Origin: a virus
Direction: 5' to 3' (one strand)
Length of the DNA: 64,000 bases
Virus record (IMG/VR): IMGVR_UViG_3300032770_000019
Coordinates: 8,495 to 72,494 of that record
Shown here: positions 30,435-40,285 of the stretch, one piece after another
Numbering within the stretch: the stretch's first letter is position 1
Layout of the letters: every line of letters starts with the position of its first letter
The notes under the pieces: model-generated
Told to the model about the DNA's origin: nothing
The model's database searches: none
The model's input: the letters and a program-made list of their open reading frames with translations, nothing else
Made by a program: the position numbers and the translations under genes

Positions 30435-31231
30435 AGCTGTCGCACCTGGTTCCAACGTCGATGCTGAGCGAGCTACCGGAACAACAGACAACGCATCTAG
30501 CGCTGGCGAATCTGATAACGGATGACGAAGAGTATCGAGACTTCTACTGTCGGCTAGTAACCAGCGGACATACGGTCATTCTCGATTACCCGGCTCACGA
30601 ACGTCTCGATATCGATCTTGAGCAGTGGTTGGGTGCCGTTGAGATTCTACGACCTTCCGCAGTCGTCCTACCGGACAGTATCGACAGCGCGGACGAAACG
30701 CTACTACAAGCGGGTATAGCAATTCGCATGCTGCTTCGAAAGACGCTTAACCAGACACCGGAGTATATCGGAGTACCGCACGGTAAAACGCAGAAGGAGT
30801 ACCTCGCGTGCGCCGAAAAGCTATGGCGATACGGCTGCCGCTGGTTCGGTATCTCTCTCGAACGGCAACTAAGCGATGCGGACGCTCTAAATCTTCGACA
30901 GCAGCGACTCGAAGGACTACTTACTAATACGTATACGAAAACCTCAAAGTATCACCTCCTCGGTATCTCGGAGACAGCTAGCGAGCTTATCGACCCGTTC
31001 TTTCAGGAGCATTGCGGAACGGCGGATGCTTCGAAATTCGCTGTCTGGTGGCTAACCAGCTGGGATAGTGCCGTTCCGTATCCGAAGGACGTTCCGATAA
31101 ACCGTCCGTATCCGGGGCGTAAAGCCCTTGGCGGAAGCGTAGATTACTTCAACTACTGCGGGGTAAGTACCGGACTCCAGTGGTATCTGGAGCGGTGGTC
31201 CGTCTTCGCTGAGAAAGGTGAACCTGAGTGA
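30431..31231 (+). CDS. Divergent TGT/DpdA-like TIM-barrel, candidate DNA 7-deazaguanine transglycosylase
   Basis: Motif order VILD..AHE / VLPD / GVPHG / HLLG / ADAS parallels TGT DSGG / FD / GIxQG / YLMG / FDC; embedded between folE and queC. Confidence 0.6.
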   Translation: MKLSHLVPTSMLSELPEQQTTHLALANLITDDEEYRDFYCRLVTSGHTVILDYPAHERLDIDLEQWLGAVEILRPSAVVLPDSIDSADETLLQAGIAIRMLLRKTLNQTPEYIGVPHGKTQKEYLACAEKLWRYGCRWFGISLERQLSDADALNLRQQRLEGLLTNTYTKTSKYHLLGISETASELIDPFFQEHCGTADASKFAVWWLTSWDSAVPYPKDVPINRPYPGRKALGGSVDYFNYCGVSTGLQWYLERWSVFAEKGEPE

Positions 31232-32538
31232 GTGGTATTTTTGCGAATCTAATTAGGACAGACGATGCCGGTATTCGCCACGACACGTTTATGCAAATTA
31301 AGCGTAGCGGAGATCGCGGTCGCGACGGACTCGGACTAGTTACCATTCGTGACGGTGAAATCGCCGAAGATCGCTCAATTGAAAGAAAAGCTTCAACGCT
31401 TCGCGAGCCCGGCTTTTCGACCAAATTCGACGGTACAGCATCGCAGCTAATCGGCTGCGCGTATAGTGGCGACTATGCTAATTCGTTTAAGAAAGCCGAA
31501 TCCGTTCCGCCGTTCGTTAGTTACGATCGCACTTGGGTCGTTTCGCTAGACGGTATCGTAGTCGGCCTTACCGGTCAGCAAGTAGCTGATACGCTTAGTC
31601 GTGACGGGTTCTCCTGCCTTCACGACTTCAAAGGACAGTTCGCGCTACTAGCGTTTCACGTTTCGCAGCCCAACCGTATCTACTTCGCGAATACGTCCAA
31701 GCCACTTTACGGTCTGTATGATTCGCTAGGTCGAGTCGTACGAGTAGCCAGCCAGCGGAAGTACTTCGAAAGCTTTTACCACCCGACGCGTTCACCGCAG
31801 CCGTTCGAGATGGGTCCGAATCTCTACGGAATGCTAAGCAGCGAGGGTATACTGTCTACGTACCCGCTACCCGTAGAGAAAGGTAGCGGCTCGCTGATAC
31901 TGTGCGGAGGTGGCCTGGATAGCCTAGTAGCTTCGTACGACGTAGCCGCACGTTTTCCCGATGAGCCACTAGCGTTGCTATTCTTCGACTACGGTCAGCG
32001 AGCAGCCGTACCCGAGTGGAAAGCTACGTGCGAAATTGCACACGCACTCGGTAAGCTACCCGGAGCAGTACAGCATCCGCTGCCATCCTTTAGCCATACC
32101 ACACTGGTCGAAGGTAATATCGAAACGACTCCGGTAGCGGGTGTGCCGTCCGAATGGTGTCCCGCACGGAATACGGTACTGATGGCGCACGCACTTAGCT
32201 ATGCCGAGGCAGGTAACTACGCTCGTATCGTAACCGGTATTAACGCTACAGCGGCCGATGCGTATGCAGACAACGAGAAGGAATGGCTTAACAAGTGTCG
32301 CTCGCTGGTTCCGTATGCCGTAAACGATCGTAGTATCGATCTTGTTGCGCCTCTCGAGAATCTAACTAAGACGGAGATCGTTAAGCTCGGGAAGGTGCTA
32401 AAGGTACCGTGGACCAGCTGGAGTTGCTACGGGGGCGGAGAAAAACACTGCGGGGAATGCTCAAGCTGTCGAGCTCGTAGAGCGGCGTTCCGAGGCGCAG
32501 GCGTAAAAGACTCTACCGAATACGAGTACACGCCATGA
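31228..32538 (+). CDS. queC: Gat-QueC fusion (degenerate class II glutaminase domain plus QueC)
   Basis: N-terminal MSGIF...DRGRDG; QueC motifs GGLDS, FDYGQR, PARN, YADN, TKTEIV, WSCY, HCGECSSC. Confidence 0.9.
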   Translation: MSGIFANLIRTDDAGIRHDTFMQIKRSGDRGRDGLGLVTIRDGEIAEDRSIERKASTLREPGFSTKFDGTASQLIGCAYSGDYANSFKKAESVPPFVSYDRTWVVSLDGIVVGLTGQQVADTLSRDGFSCLHDFKGQFALLAFHVSQPNRIYFANTSKPLYGLYDSLGRVVRVASQRKYFESFYHPTRSPQPFEMGPNLYGMLSSEGILSTYPLPVEKGSGSLILCGGGLDSLVASYDVAARFPDEPLALLFFDYGQRAAVPEWKATCEIAHALGKLPGAVQHPLPSFSHTTLVEGNIETTPVAGVPSEWCPARNTVLMAHALSYAEAGNYARIVTGINATAADAYADNEKEWLNKCRSLVPYAVNDRSIDLVAPLENLTKTEIVKLGKVLKVPWTSWSCYGGGEKHCGECSSCRARRAAFRGAGVKDSTEYEYTP

Positions 32539-32709
32539 TATGTCGCGTATGCTGTCTTTCAGACGACCATAGCAGCTGTCCCGGCGGTACCTGGTGCGAT
32601 TGTCAGCACATGCCGAGATCAGCTAAGCTCGTCTTGCCGGTAAGCAAGAAATCGGTTACAATGGTAGTAACCGGCACAATTAGTAGTGAGAACGCAGGGA
32701 TTGCCCTAG

Positions 32710-35241
32710 GTGAAACGAACACTAAGTAACGGTTGTCACGGCTGTCCTTGGATACCGGGTAAGGGTCGAGGATGGTGCGGCGGTAGCGGACCAGCGAAGG
32801 CACGCTTGGTTATCGTTGGCGAGGGTCCCGGAGATACCGAAACCGTTACCGGTCGTCCTTTTAGCGGTAAGTCAGGCGAGCTGCTGAACGCAACGCTAAA
32901 AAAATGCGACATTAAGCGAAGTGAGTGCTATGGCACGAATTCGGTGCAGTGCAATATCAAGCCGAACTCCGCAGAGCTGGCTAGTTGCCGTCCTAGGCTT
33001 ATCGAAGAAATAAAGGCCAGGGGTCCTTCGCTGGTACTTGTCCTAGGAAAGATTGCGTGGCAGCAGCTCAGTGGCTCACGAGAAGCCCTCACAAACGTAA
33101 TCGGAACGCTATGGTGGCAGGAAGATATCGGTGTATGGCTCATACCGACCTGGCACCCAGCGGCCATCCTTCGGGGAGGTGGCGGTGACACGCGCTTTCC
33201 GGACTTCGCTAATGCGATATACCGTGCATCGCGCTTCCTCTCGGGTGCTGAGGACCTACCTGATCCGAGTCCGAAGGTACCGTTCCCTTGGACGTTTTTC
33301 CGTACTCCCGAAGGTGCAATAAAGGCATTCAAGTACTTTGAGCGACAGGCTGAACTTTACGGCAGACTGACAATTGCCGCGGACACTGAATCCCAATCAC
33401 CGGGCCGCTGGCCACACCCGGAAAGCGACCGCTGGCTGATGCATCAGATGTACGACGGAAAGAGGGCCTGTGCAATCGATATCACCGCACAAAACGAACG
33501 CAGCACAGCCTATCTACGTCGCCTACTTGCCAATAAGCGTATCATTTGGACGATGCATAACGGTGCAGCTTACGACCTCCGAGTCTTTCGTCATAATCTC
33601 GGAATGTGTCCTCCGGATGATAACGTACGGGATACTATGGTCCTGGGTATTGGCTTGTCGGAACGCAAACAGGCAATCGGTCTCGAGCCACTATCGCGAG
33701 TTTACCTCAACGCACCTGCGTACAAAAAGGCCCTCAAGAACAGTGGCTACCGACATGCTAAAGGCCCGCAAAACGAGCAGCAGTGGCGATTCCTAGCGCG
33801 CTATGGCGTTGAAGACGTCTATCTCGGTTGGCACCTCAATCGGGTACTTCCCGCCATAGTTCGTGAAGAAGGCACGATGGGCCTGTGCCGTAACGTTCTT
33901 ATGCCGCTGGCATTGACGTGCGGTCGAATAGCCGGTCGTGGCTTCGAAATAGATATGAAACAATTGCATAAGCTAAACGAGCTTTGGGGAGGAAAGGCAG
34001 CTGAGCTCACGGGGGAACTGCAAGAGCTGGCTACTGAAGCTGGCTGGCCTCTCTACCCGGAGATCGCTAAGGCGAAAGACGGGTTGTTTAATCCTCGTAG
34101 TCACCTACAGTTGGCTCATTTGGCGTACGATGTACTTGAGCTCAGCCCGACCGATGGTACAACTAATAGAAAGTACACTTCTAAGTGGGACGGCGGTCGT
34201 AGTCTTCGTAGCGTGGATCAAGATTTCTTGATGGGACACTCCGACACTAAGATGTGTCAGTTGATGTCGCGATTGCGTACCTACGATAAGCTGCACCGAA
34301 CATACGTTAAGACCATTGAGCGAGAGGTAGCTCTCGATCCTAACGGCCTAATTCATCCCGACTTTAAGTATGGTGATACGGTAACGGGTAGGCTGGTAGT
34401 TAGACCGCTACTTCAAGTGCTACCGCATTACGGAGCTCATAGCCAGCTGGCAGATGAGGACTTCGCACAAGAAACACGAAGAATGTTCCCGGCGAGAAAG
34501 GGTTACGTAATCGTTTCAGCTGACTTTAAGCAGCTGGAAATGAGGATAGCATGGGCACTCAGTGGCGACACGAAACTCGGAATTGCGCTGTCCAGCGGAG
34601 ACGTTCACGCGAACACCGCTTCGTATATGTTCCGCAAGCCAAAAGAAACGGTTACCAGCGGAGACCGTCATGCTGCGAAGCGGGTCTCCTTCGGTGTTGC
34701 CTACAACCGCAGTGCTTTTACGCTTGCGCGTGGTCCGCTGCTGGAGGTCTTGGGTGGCGTTGACGTATCCGAACATGTCCGTCAGGCGAAGGCACAGCAG
34801 TATATTGACGCGTTCTGGGACGGGTATCCGGACTACTATGCGTACCACCAGTGGTGCAAGGAGGAAGCACTCCGTACCCGTGAACTGACCACGCCATTCG
34901 GTAGAAAGCGCCGCTGGGGACTAATTACGGATGAAACTCGGCGAGAGATTGAGAATCAGGCGGTAAACTTCCCGATTCAGAGCACCGCTGGAGATATGTG
35001 CTCGATGTCCCTTGTACGGTGTGAAAAGGAGCTCGGAAGGCGCAAGCTCGGCTTTCCGTTGTACACAGTTCACGATGAAGTAGTATTCGAGCTTAAGATC
35101 GCAACGCTACCGCAGGCGCTTCGAGTAATCACCGACGTAATGACCGACCCGCCATTCGATGCCGGTGATGCGCAGTTCCCGATCGACATAAAGGTAGGCC
35201 CGAACCTAGGCGACCTAGAGCCGTGGACCGGAGTGCTATGA
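32710..35241 (+). CDS. Family A DNA polymerase with N-terminal family-4 uracil-DNA glycosylase and 3'-5' exonuclease domains
   Basis: UDG: CHGC, GEGPG..E..GRPFSGKSG, TNSVQC, WHPAAILR. Exo: DTES, HNGAAYD, YGVED. Pol: TGRL, ADFKQLEMR, R..AK..SFGVAY, NFPIQS, VHDE. Confidence 0.93.
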   Translation: MKRTLSNGCHGCPWIPGKGRGWCGGSGPAKARLVIVGEGPGDTETVTGRPFSGKSGELLNATLKKCDIKRSECYGTNSVQCNIKPNSAELASCRPRLIEEIKARGPSLVLVLGKIAWQQLSGSREALTNVIGTLWWQEDIGVWLIPTWHPAAILRGGGGDTRFPDFANAIYRASRFLSGAEDLPDPSPKVPFPWTFFRTPEGAIKAFKYFERQAELYGRLTIAADTESQSPGRWPHPESDRWLMHQMYDGKRACAIDITAQNERSTAYLRRLLANKRIIWTMHNGAAYDLRVFRHNLGMCPPDDNVRDTMVLGIGLSERKQAIGLEPLSRVYLNAPAYKKALKNSGYRHAKGPQNEQQWRFLARYGVEDVYLGWHLNRVLPAIVREEGTMGLCRNVLMPLALTCGRIAGRGFEIDMKQLHKLNELWGGKAAELTGELQELATEAGWPLYPEIAKAKDGLFNPRSHLQLAHLAYDVLELSPTDGTTNRKYTSKWDGGRSLRSVDQDFLMGHSDTKMCQLMSRLRTYDKLHRTYVKTIEREVALDPNGLIHPDFKYGDTVTGRLVVRPLLQVLPHYGAHSQLADEDFAQETRRMFPARKGYVIVSADFKQLEMRIAWALSGDTKLGIALSSGDVHANTASYMFRKPKETVTSGDRHAAKRVSFGVAYNRSAFTLARGPLLEVLGGVDVSEHVRQAKAQQYIDAFWDGYPDYYAYHQWCKEEALRTRELTTPFGRKRRWGLITDETRREIENQAVNFPIQSTAGDMCSMSLVRCEKELGRRKLGFPLYTVHDEVVFELKIATLPQALRVITDVMTDPPFDAGDAQFPIDIKVGPNLGDLEPWTGVL

Positions 35242-35418
35242 TCTATACGACACAGGAAGGCGTATGGCATAATCACCGCAAGTGTCAGTGGGAGTATATG
35301 AGTCGGGCTGGACAGTGCGTAGCGTGGATAACGGATGAGATGCTGTATCGTGCCGTTCCGGAGATGCTGCTACAGCATCATAGCCACGTAATCCGGGCTA
35401 TTGCGAGAGAGGCATTTC

Positions 35419-35958
35419 ATGGACTGGTTTGACGTAATAGCAGACAAGCGAGTGCCGCCAGGTCTTGCTATTCTAGTAAGTGGGGAGAGCGTTGTGGCGA
35501 TGCAAGGGTATACTACAATTGAGCAGAGCGGCGAAGAAGTGTGGATACCGGCTCCGCTGGTTGATGCGATCAAGGTGATGGTCGGTACCTTCCAAGCGAA
35601 GAGCGCTGACTACTCGGACACCGATGATCAGTGGGATAGCAACTTTGCGATGACCGCTGAGCAGTTCGATCTTAATCGATACGAAGCATGCGAGTTTAAC
35701 GTTGTTCAAAAGCTAGCGCGACTACGTGCCCTTAGGCGTAGAGGAACTGCTCCGGTAAACGAATCGGTAGAAGACACCTATCGTGACATGATGAACTACG
35801 CCACCTACGCGTACGCACTTTACCTAGAGGAAACTGCGCCAAAACCCGCCAAAGTGGACACGCAGATCGAGCAGTATACCCTGCCCAAAGACCCAGCTCA
35901 GGACGCGGTCTCTCGGGGCGTGGACAGACATGCAGGTCACCAGACACCGACCACCTGA
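35419..35958 (+). CDS. Nucleotide-modification-associated domain 1 (DUF1599-like) protein
   Basis: KSADY...NF...KLARL...NESVEDTYRDMMNYA. Confidence 0.75.
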   Translation: MDWFDVIADKRVPPGLAILVSGESVVAMQGYTTIEQSGEEVWIPAPLVDAIKVMVGTFQAKSADYSDTDDQWDSNFAMTAEQFDLNRYEACEFNVVQKLARLRALRRRGTAPVNESVEDTYRDMMNYATYAYALYLEETAPKPAKVDTQIEQYTLPKDPAQDAVSRGVDRHAGHQTPTT

Positions 35959-36113
35959 GCTGGCGCGATGCAAACCACGTGCCCCGGGCAGGGTTCCTCC
36001 TGTAACTGGTTGAACTCTCAACGATCCGGTACACCCGCGTCCAGCGGCATGTCAAGCGGTTCCAGCGTCTGTCTTGTCACAGCTCCCCGGGCATAAACCC
36101 GCGGTCTCCCCGT

Positions 36114-36141
36114 GTTGTACCAGTTGTACAACTGGAACAAC
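36114..36141. promoter_or_regulatory. 28-bp near-perfect palindrome (operator-like)
   Basis: GTTGT-A-CCAGTTGTACAACTGG-A-ACAAC just upstream of ORF 36156. Confidence 0.55.
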
Positions 36142-36155
36142 GAAGGGATCATGAT

Positions 36156-36560
36156 ATGGCCACCATCCTCAGGACCGTAGAGGAAAAGGGTCACTGGACC
36201 GAAGGAACCCCGGGACATTGGAAGCCGCTCCCTAAGGGTAAGCGGGAATGGGTCCCCGGGGAAGATCGCGAATGGGTCGTGGACGGCTACGAAACGGTCC
36301 GCGAGCAGGTCGTGAACCCGACAGCGGTTGGAAGCCGAAAGGGTTCCGTCACCAAGAAGCGCGTGGAAGCGTGGCAGAAGGGTACGGGAAGGCGTAACCG
36401 TTCCGCCTACCAGGCAAGGGCACTGGCATCCGCACAAGGTGTTCTCGCCCCCGCTAATACCCGGTACACCCGTGACCCGCAATCCGTGACCAAGCAGTAC
36501 CTTCCCGGATTCGCAACCCTCAGCGAGGGCGATGTCGTCCCCGTAGTTTACCCGAGGTGA
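36156..36560 (+). CDS. Hypothetical basic protein
   Basis: First ORF of a block of small plus-strand genes (36156-39993). Confidence 0.55.
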   Translation: MATILRTVEEKGHWTEGTPGHWKPLPKGKREWVPGEDREWVVDGYETVREQVVNPTAVGSRKGSVTKKRVEAWQKGTGRRNRSAYQARALASAQGVLAPANTRYTRDPQSVTKQYLPGFATLSEGDVVPVVYPR

Positions 36561-38026
36561 CCAAGTGAACATGAAGCGGCGCGAAAAGGTAATCCGCGAA
36601 GCCAATGCGAAGTGGGCCGGAAAAGTACACCCCGGAACGCGATTCAGCACCGACTTCGAAACCGGTTGCGTGGCCATCGAAGAGCCCGATCAGTTCGGTT
36701 CGTTCGGTGCGCTGGACAGCGAGGGCGTGGAGTGCGGTTTCAGCCTCACGATGGTAAAGGAGATCGAGTCATGAACGAGGTTACGCAGACCGCAGAAGAT
36801 CGTGCATTCAGCGCGTGGTACAAGAAGGAGTTCGGCCGTCCGGTCGACCCGTTCGATGACAACGTCAAGGTGTACCGCTCAGCGTGGGAGGGGAGCCGGA
36901 AGTACGCCGAAACGGTGATAAAGCGGCCCTCGGTTTACGCCACGCCGTGGGACTTCCAGCCGAATAGCTATGCCCGCAACCTCGAAGAGGCCACGGTTCA
37001 GAAGATCGCAGAGGTCTACTGGTCCGTAGCTACTTCGAATAACAACGCGCTGGCGAGCTATCAAAGTCGCACGTACAAGGCAGCTAACAACGCGCTGGTC
37101 GCCGCCATCGCTGAAGTATATCAGTTGCCGAACAAGAAGGCTCGTCAGGTGCGTAACCTGGTGAGCGAATACGGACCGCACGAGTCGTTGGTCGAAACGG
37201 GACATACCACGGGCGTTCGCAGTTTCGTTGAAGCAGTTCGGGCGGACCCCGAAGCCGGAAAGGAGATCTGACAATGAACGAGCAAGAGTTCCGCGAGTGG
37301 CTCACCGAAGTGCTTATCGAGCACGCCGATAACTATCCCGATGAGGAAGCACACGTTTCCTCGTTCGCAGAAGAAGACCTGATGACGAACAACGAAGGTC
37401 TGGTCGTGACCATGCCGCACGGACAGGGCGAGTTCCAGCTCACGATTCACAAGACGGAGTAGCAATGTATAAGATCGAAGTGACCGAAGCTCGCGACAAG
37501 CATGCGCAGCGGGAAGGTAAAAGCGCGGTTCGCTTTCGCTGGTCGTCACAGCAGGAGACAGTGGTCGACCTGACCACCGAGGAACTGCGAGAGCTTTTCG
37601 CAGCCATCTACGGTCGGTTGTTCGCAATCGTTAAGGAAGGACCACAGTCATGACTAACGTAAACCCGACACCGGACCGGAGTAGGAAAGGTCCACTTACC
37701 GATTTCGATGTCATGCGCGAGATCATGGATGACTGGGACGGTGAGATATACGTTCGCGAGGCACCGTTCGAGCAGGTCCTGCAAGACTTCTACGGGAACC
37801 TGATGGACGACCTTCACGACTCGAGAGGCGATTCCGACTACCAGCGGGACGTGCTGGAGCGGATGGCGATTATCGAGAGGTGGCTCAAGGTATTCCGCGT
37901 GACGCCGTTCCCGACATTCAGCGAGGCCGACAAAGCAAGGGAAATCGAGCCGGTGGGGCTGGCACCCGAACGGTAGCGAAGAGCATCCGAGGACTTCCTC
38001 GGTTACCTGGCACAGAAGGAGGAGAA

Positions 38027-38770
38027 GTGAACACGACCAAGCTGGACCGTATACGTAAGCTTCTTCAGAAGGCGGAGCATATCCGCAATATGCCGGCGGA
38101 GGGGCTAACGCCAGAGCTCGAGAAGGAGGCTGATGCCCTTCGGGATAGTGCTTTCGCAATGGCCGCGAAGTACCATATCGATGCAGCGTTGGCAGCCAAA
38201 ACCGGTACACCCCGCGAGGAGCCGGAAAAAGTGAAGAGTATCTTTATCACGTTCGGTAAGCCGCAGGTTCAGCTCGACGTTCTCGCTAACGGTATTAGCA
38301 AGGCGATGGGCTGTAAGATGATCGTAGTCGAGAAAGGTACGAGCCAGTACAAGGCGCACGTGTTCGGCTTCGAGAGCGACGTAACGATGTTCCGCATGCT
38401 ATGGAACTCTGTGCTAGTTCAAGGCGAACGCGCGTGTGCTGCTTCGTATCACGGCCCAGCGGGGAGGCTCTATCGTCGTTATCGTAGGTCGTGGTGGCAG
38501 TCATTTGCTAACGCAGTACTGCCTCGAGTGCGTCAGATGTACGCTAAGGCGGAAAAGGAAAGCGGAGCCAGCAGCACCTCAACCGAAATCGCCTTGCGTG
38601 ACCGTTCGCTGGACGTCCAGCGGGAGGTCGAAAGTGTCTATGCGGAACTACGTAAGGGACGGCGCTCATCTACCCGATACAACGAAGGTGGCTACGCTGG
38701 TCGCGAGGCAGGAAAGCGCGTTGACATTGGCGCAGGAAAGCTCGGAGGCGGAAAAAAGGAGATATCTTGA
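38027..38770 (+). CDS. DUF2786-like protein
   Basis: KLDRIRKLLQKAE...EADA....A.AMAAKYHID; VFGFESD; RRSWWQSF; GY.AGREAG. Confidence 0.75.
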   Translation: MNTTKLDRIRKLLQKAEHIRNMPAEGLTPELEKEADALRDSAFAMAAKYHIDAALAAKTGTPREEPEKVKSIFITFGKPQVQLDVLANGISKAMGCKMIVVEKGTSQYKAHVFGFESDVTMFRMLWNSVLVQGERACAASYHGPAGRLYRRYRRSWWQSFANAVLPRVRQMYAKAEKESGASSTSTEIALRDRSLDVQREVESVYAELRKGRRSSTRYNEGGYAGREAGKRVDIGAGKLGGGKKEIS

Positions 38771-38795
38771 CAGGAATGTAGTAATCGGATAGACT
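38767..38795 (+). promoter_or_regulatory. Promoter with related spacer
   Basis: TTGACAGGAATGTAGTAATCGGATAGACT, then GGAGGTGACC SD. Confidence 0.7.
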
Positions 38796-39989
38796 GAGTA
38801 TGGAGGTGACCAGATGCGCAGAAAGACCACTACACAGATAGTTACCAGGCGCACCGCTGCGAGGAGGGCACGAAAGCGCGAAGCTCTCGAGAAGCAACGG
38901 GCACAGGCCCGACAGCGTGTCGTCGAACCTGAAACGATCGGACAGGCCCGTGTCTGGGAGCGTAAGTTTAAGCGCTATCAGATAGCTGGCTTGTGTAACG
39001 CGTGTGCATCCCAGGCAGCCTGGGGTCACGCGATGGGATTCGGTAAGATCAAAGACCCGTGTGCCGAGTGCCAGCCCATCGTAAACGCGTTCCCGAACGA
39101 CGGACCACGTGGTAGCAAGTGGCGTAAGTGCCTAATCAAGCTCGAGTACCTATCCCAAAGCGAGATCGAGGAGATCGGTCTATGTTGAACGGAATGCGAG
39201 TGCGAAATCGCATCAGTGGGCGCACTGCTACGGTGGAATACGCCACCGAGAACGGTATATTTGTCCGCTACGACGATACGCCCGACGAAGTAGCTGGCGG
39301 GTCGTTCCGAGCATTCCGAGAGGAGTAAGCGATGAGCATCGAGCCAACGGTTACCGCGTTCTGCATGGTCGGTGGTCACCCAGCGGAGGAGCTTACCGTT
39401 AACGGTGACCTTCCAGCTGGTTGGACGAAGGTCCGTGCCACAATGCAGACCCTTAACGGACACTGGATGGCGGACCCGAATTCGCCGGCTTCGATTCTCC
39501 ATTGTCCGGCACACCCCGTAGACGCTTATCAGCCCTCGCGAAAGACCAACTGGGACGGTAAAATCTGGGTGCTGGTCACCTTTAGCCTCCCCACAGAAGT
39601 AGAGGTCTTTGACCAGGACCCGAGTAAGACAATCGAGCTGGAAGTAAACCAGGTCCTATACGAAGCGAACATTAACGGTGGCGACAGCAGGGAGGTAAGG
39701 TAATGCCTGCGCCAACAGGACCGAAAACGAAGAAGAGAGTCGGTCTGTGGCGTCGGATTAAGTGGCGGTTTTTTACCGTAGCTGTTTCCTGGCCCGGGAT
39801 GCCCTCGCGTAAGACTTGTCCTGACTGTAAGAGCGCTGGCTATCTACGCAATACGCCGGAGACACCGACGCAACGTGTACCCCTGCGTGGACATAAAGCA
39901 GGCTTTCCTTGCGACACGTGTAAAGGCCGCGGTACCGTTGTTGATACTAACTATCCTTCGTTTGCCGGTACCGGTAGGCCGCGAAAGCG

Positions 39990-40169
39990 TTAGTCTCTTT
40001 CCTTCGAAATAAGACCGCGCTTATACGCAATAGCAGTGTACTTAGCTATCGTACTTTGAGCTACGCCGAATCGCCGAGCAAGAACTCGCTGCGGCGTTCC
40101 GTGATTCGCAACTATTCGCCTGATAAGATCTTCACGTTCCGTGTTCGTGAAACGTCGTACACCGTACAT
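39990..40169 (-). CDS. Small HTH protein (59 aa, below the track cutoff)
   Basis: Manual translation: MYGVRRFTNTEREDLIRRIVANHGTPQRVLARRFGVAQSTIAKYTAIAYKRGLISKERD. Confidence 0.65.
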   Translation of the reverse strand: MYGVRRFTNTEREDLIRRIVANHGTPQRVLARRFGVAQSTIAKYTAIAYKRGLISKERD

Positions 40170-40207
40170 CTACTTTGTCCTGTCATCGCGAACCCAAAGG
40201 CCAGGCG

Positions 40208-40269
40208 GGGCAGGCGTTAACCGTTCCAGTCCTGAGCACCTCCGGACCTTTACGGGTTAACGCCTGCCC
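40208..40269 (-). terminator. Long hairpin after the NlpC/P60 gene
   Basis: GGGCAGGCGTTAACC / GGTTAACGCCTGCCC. Confidence 0.6.
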
Positions 40270-40285
40270 TGCCCATGCGGTTATA

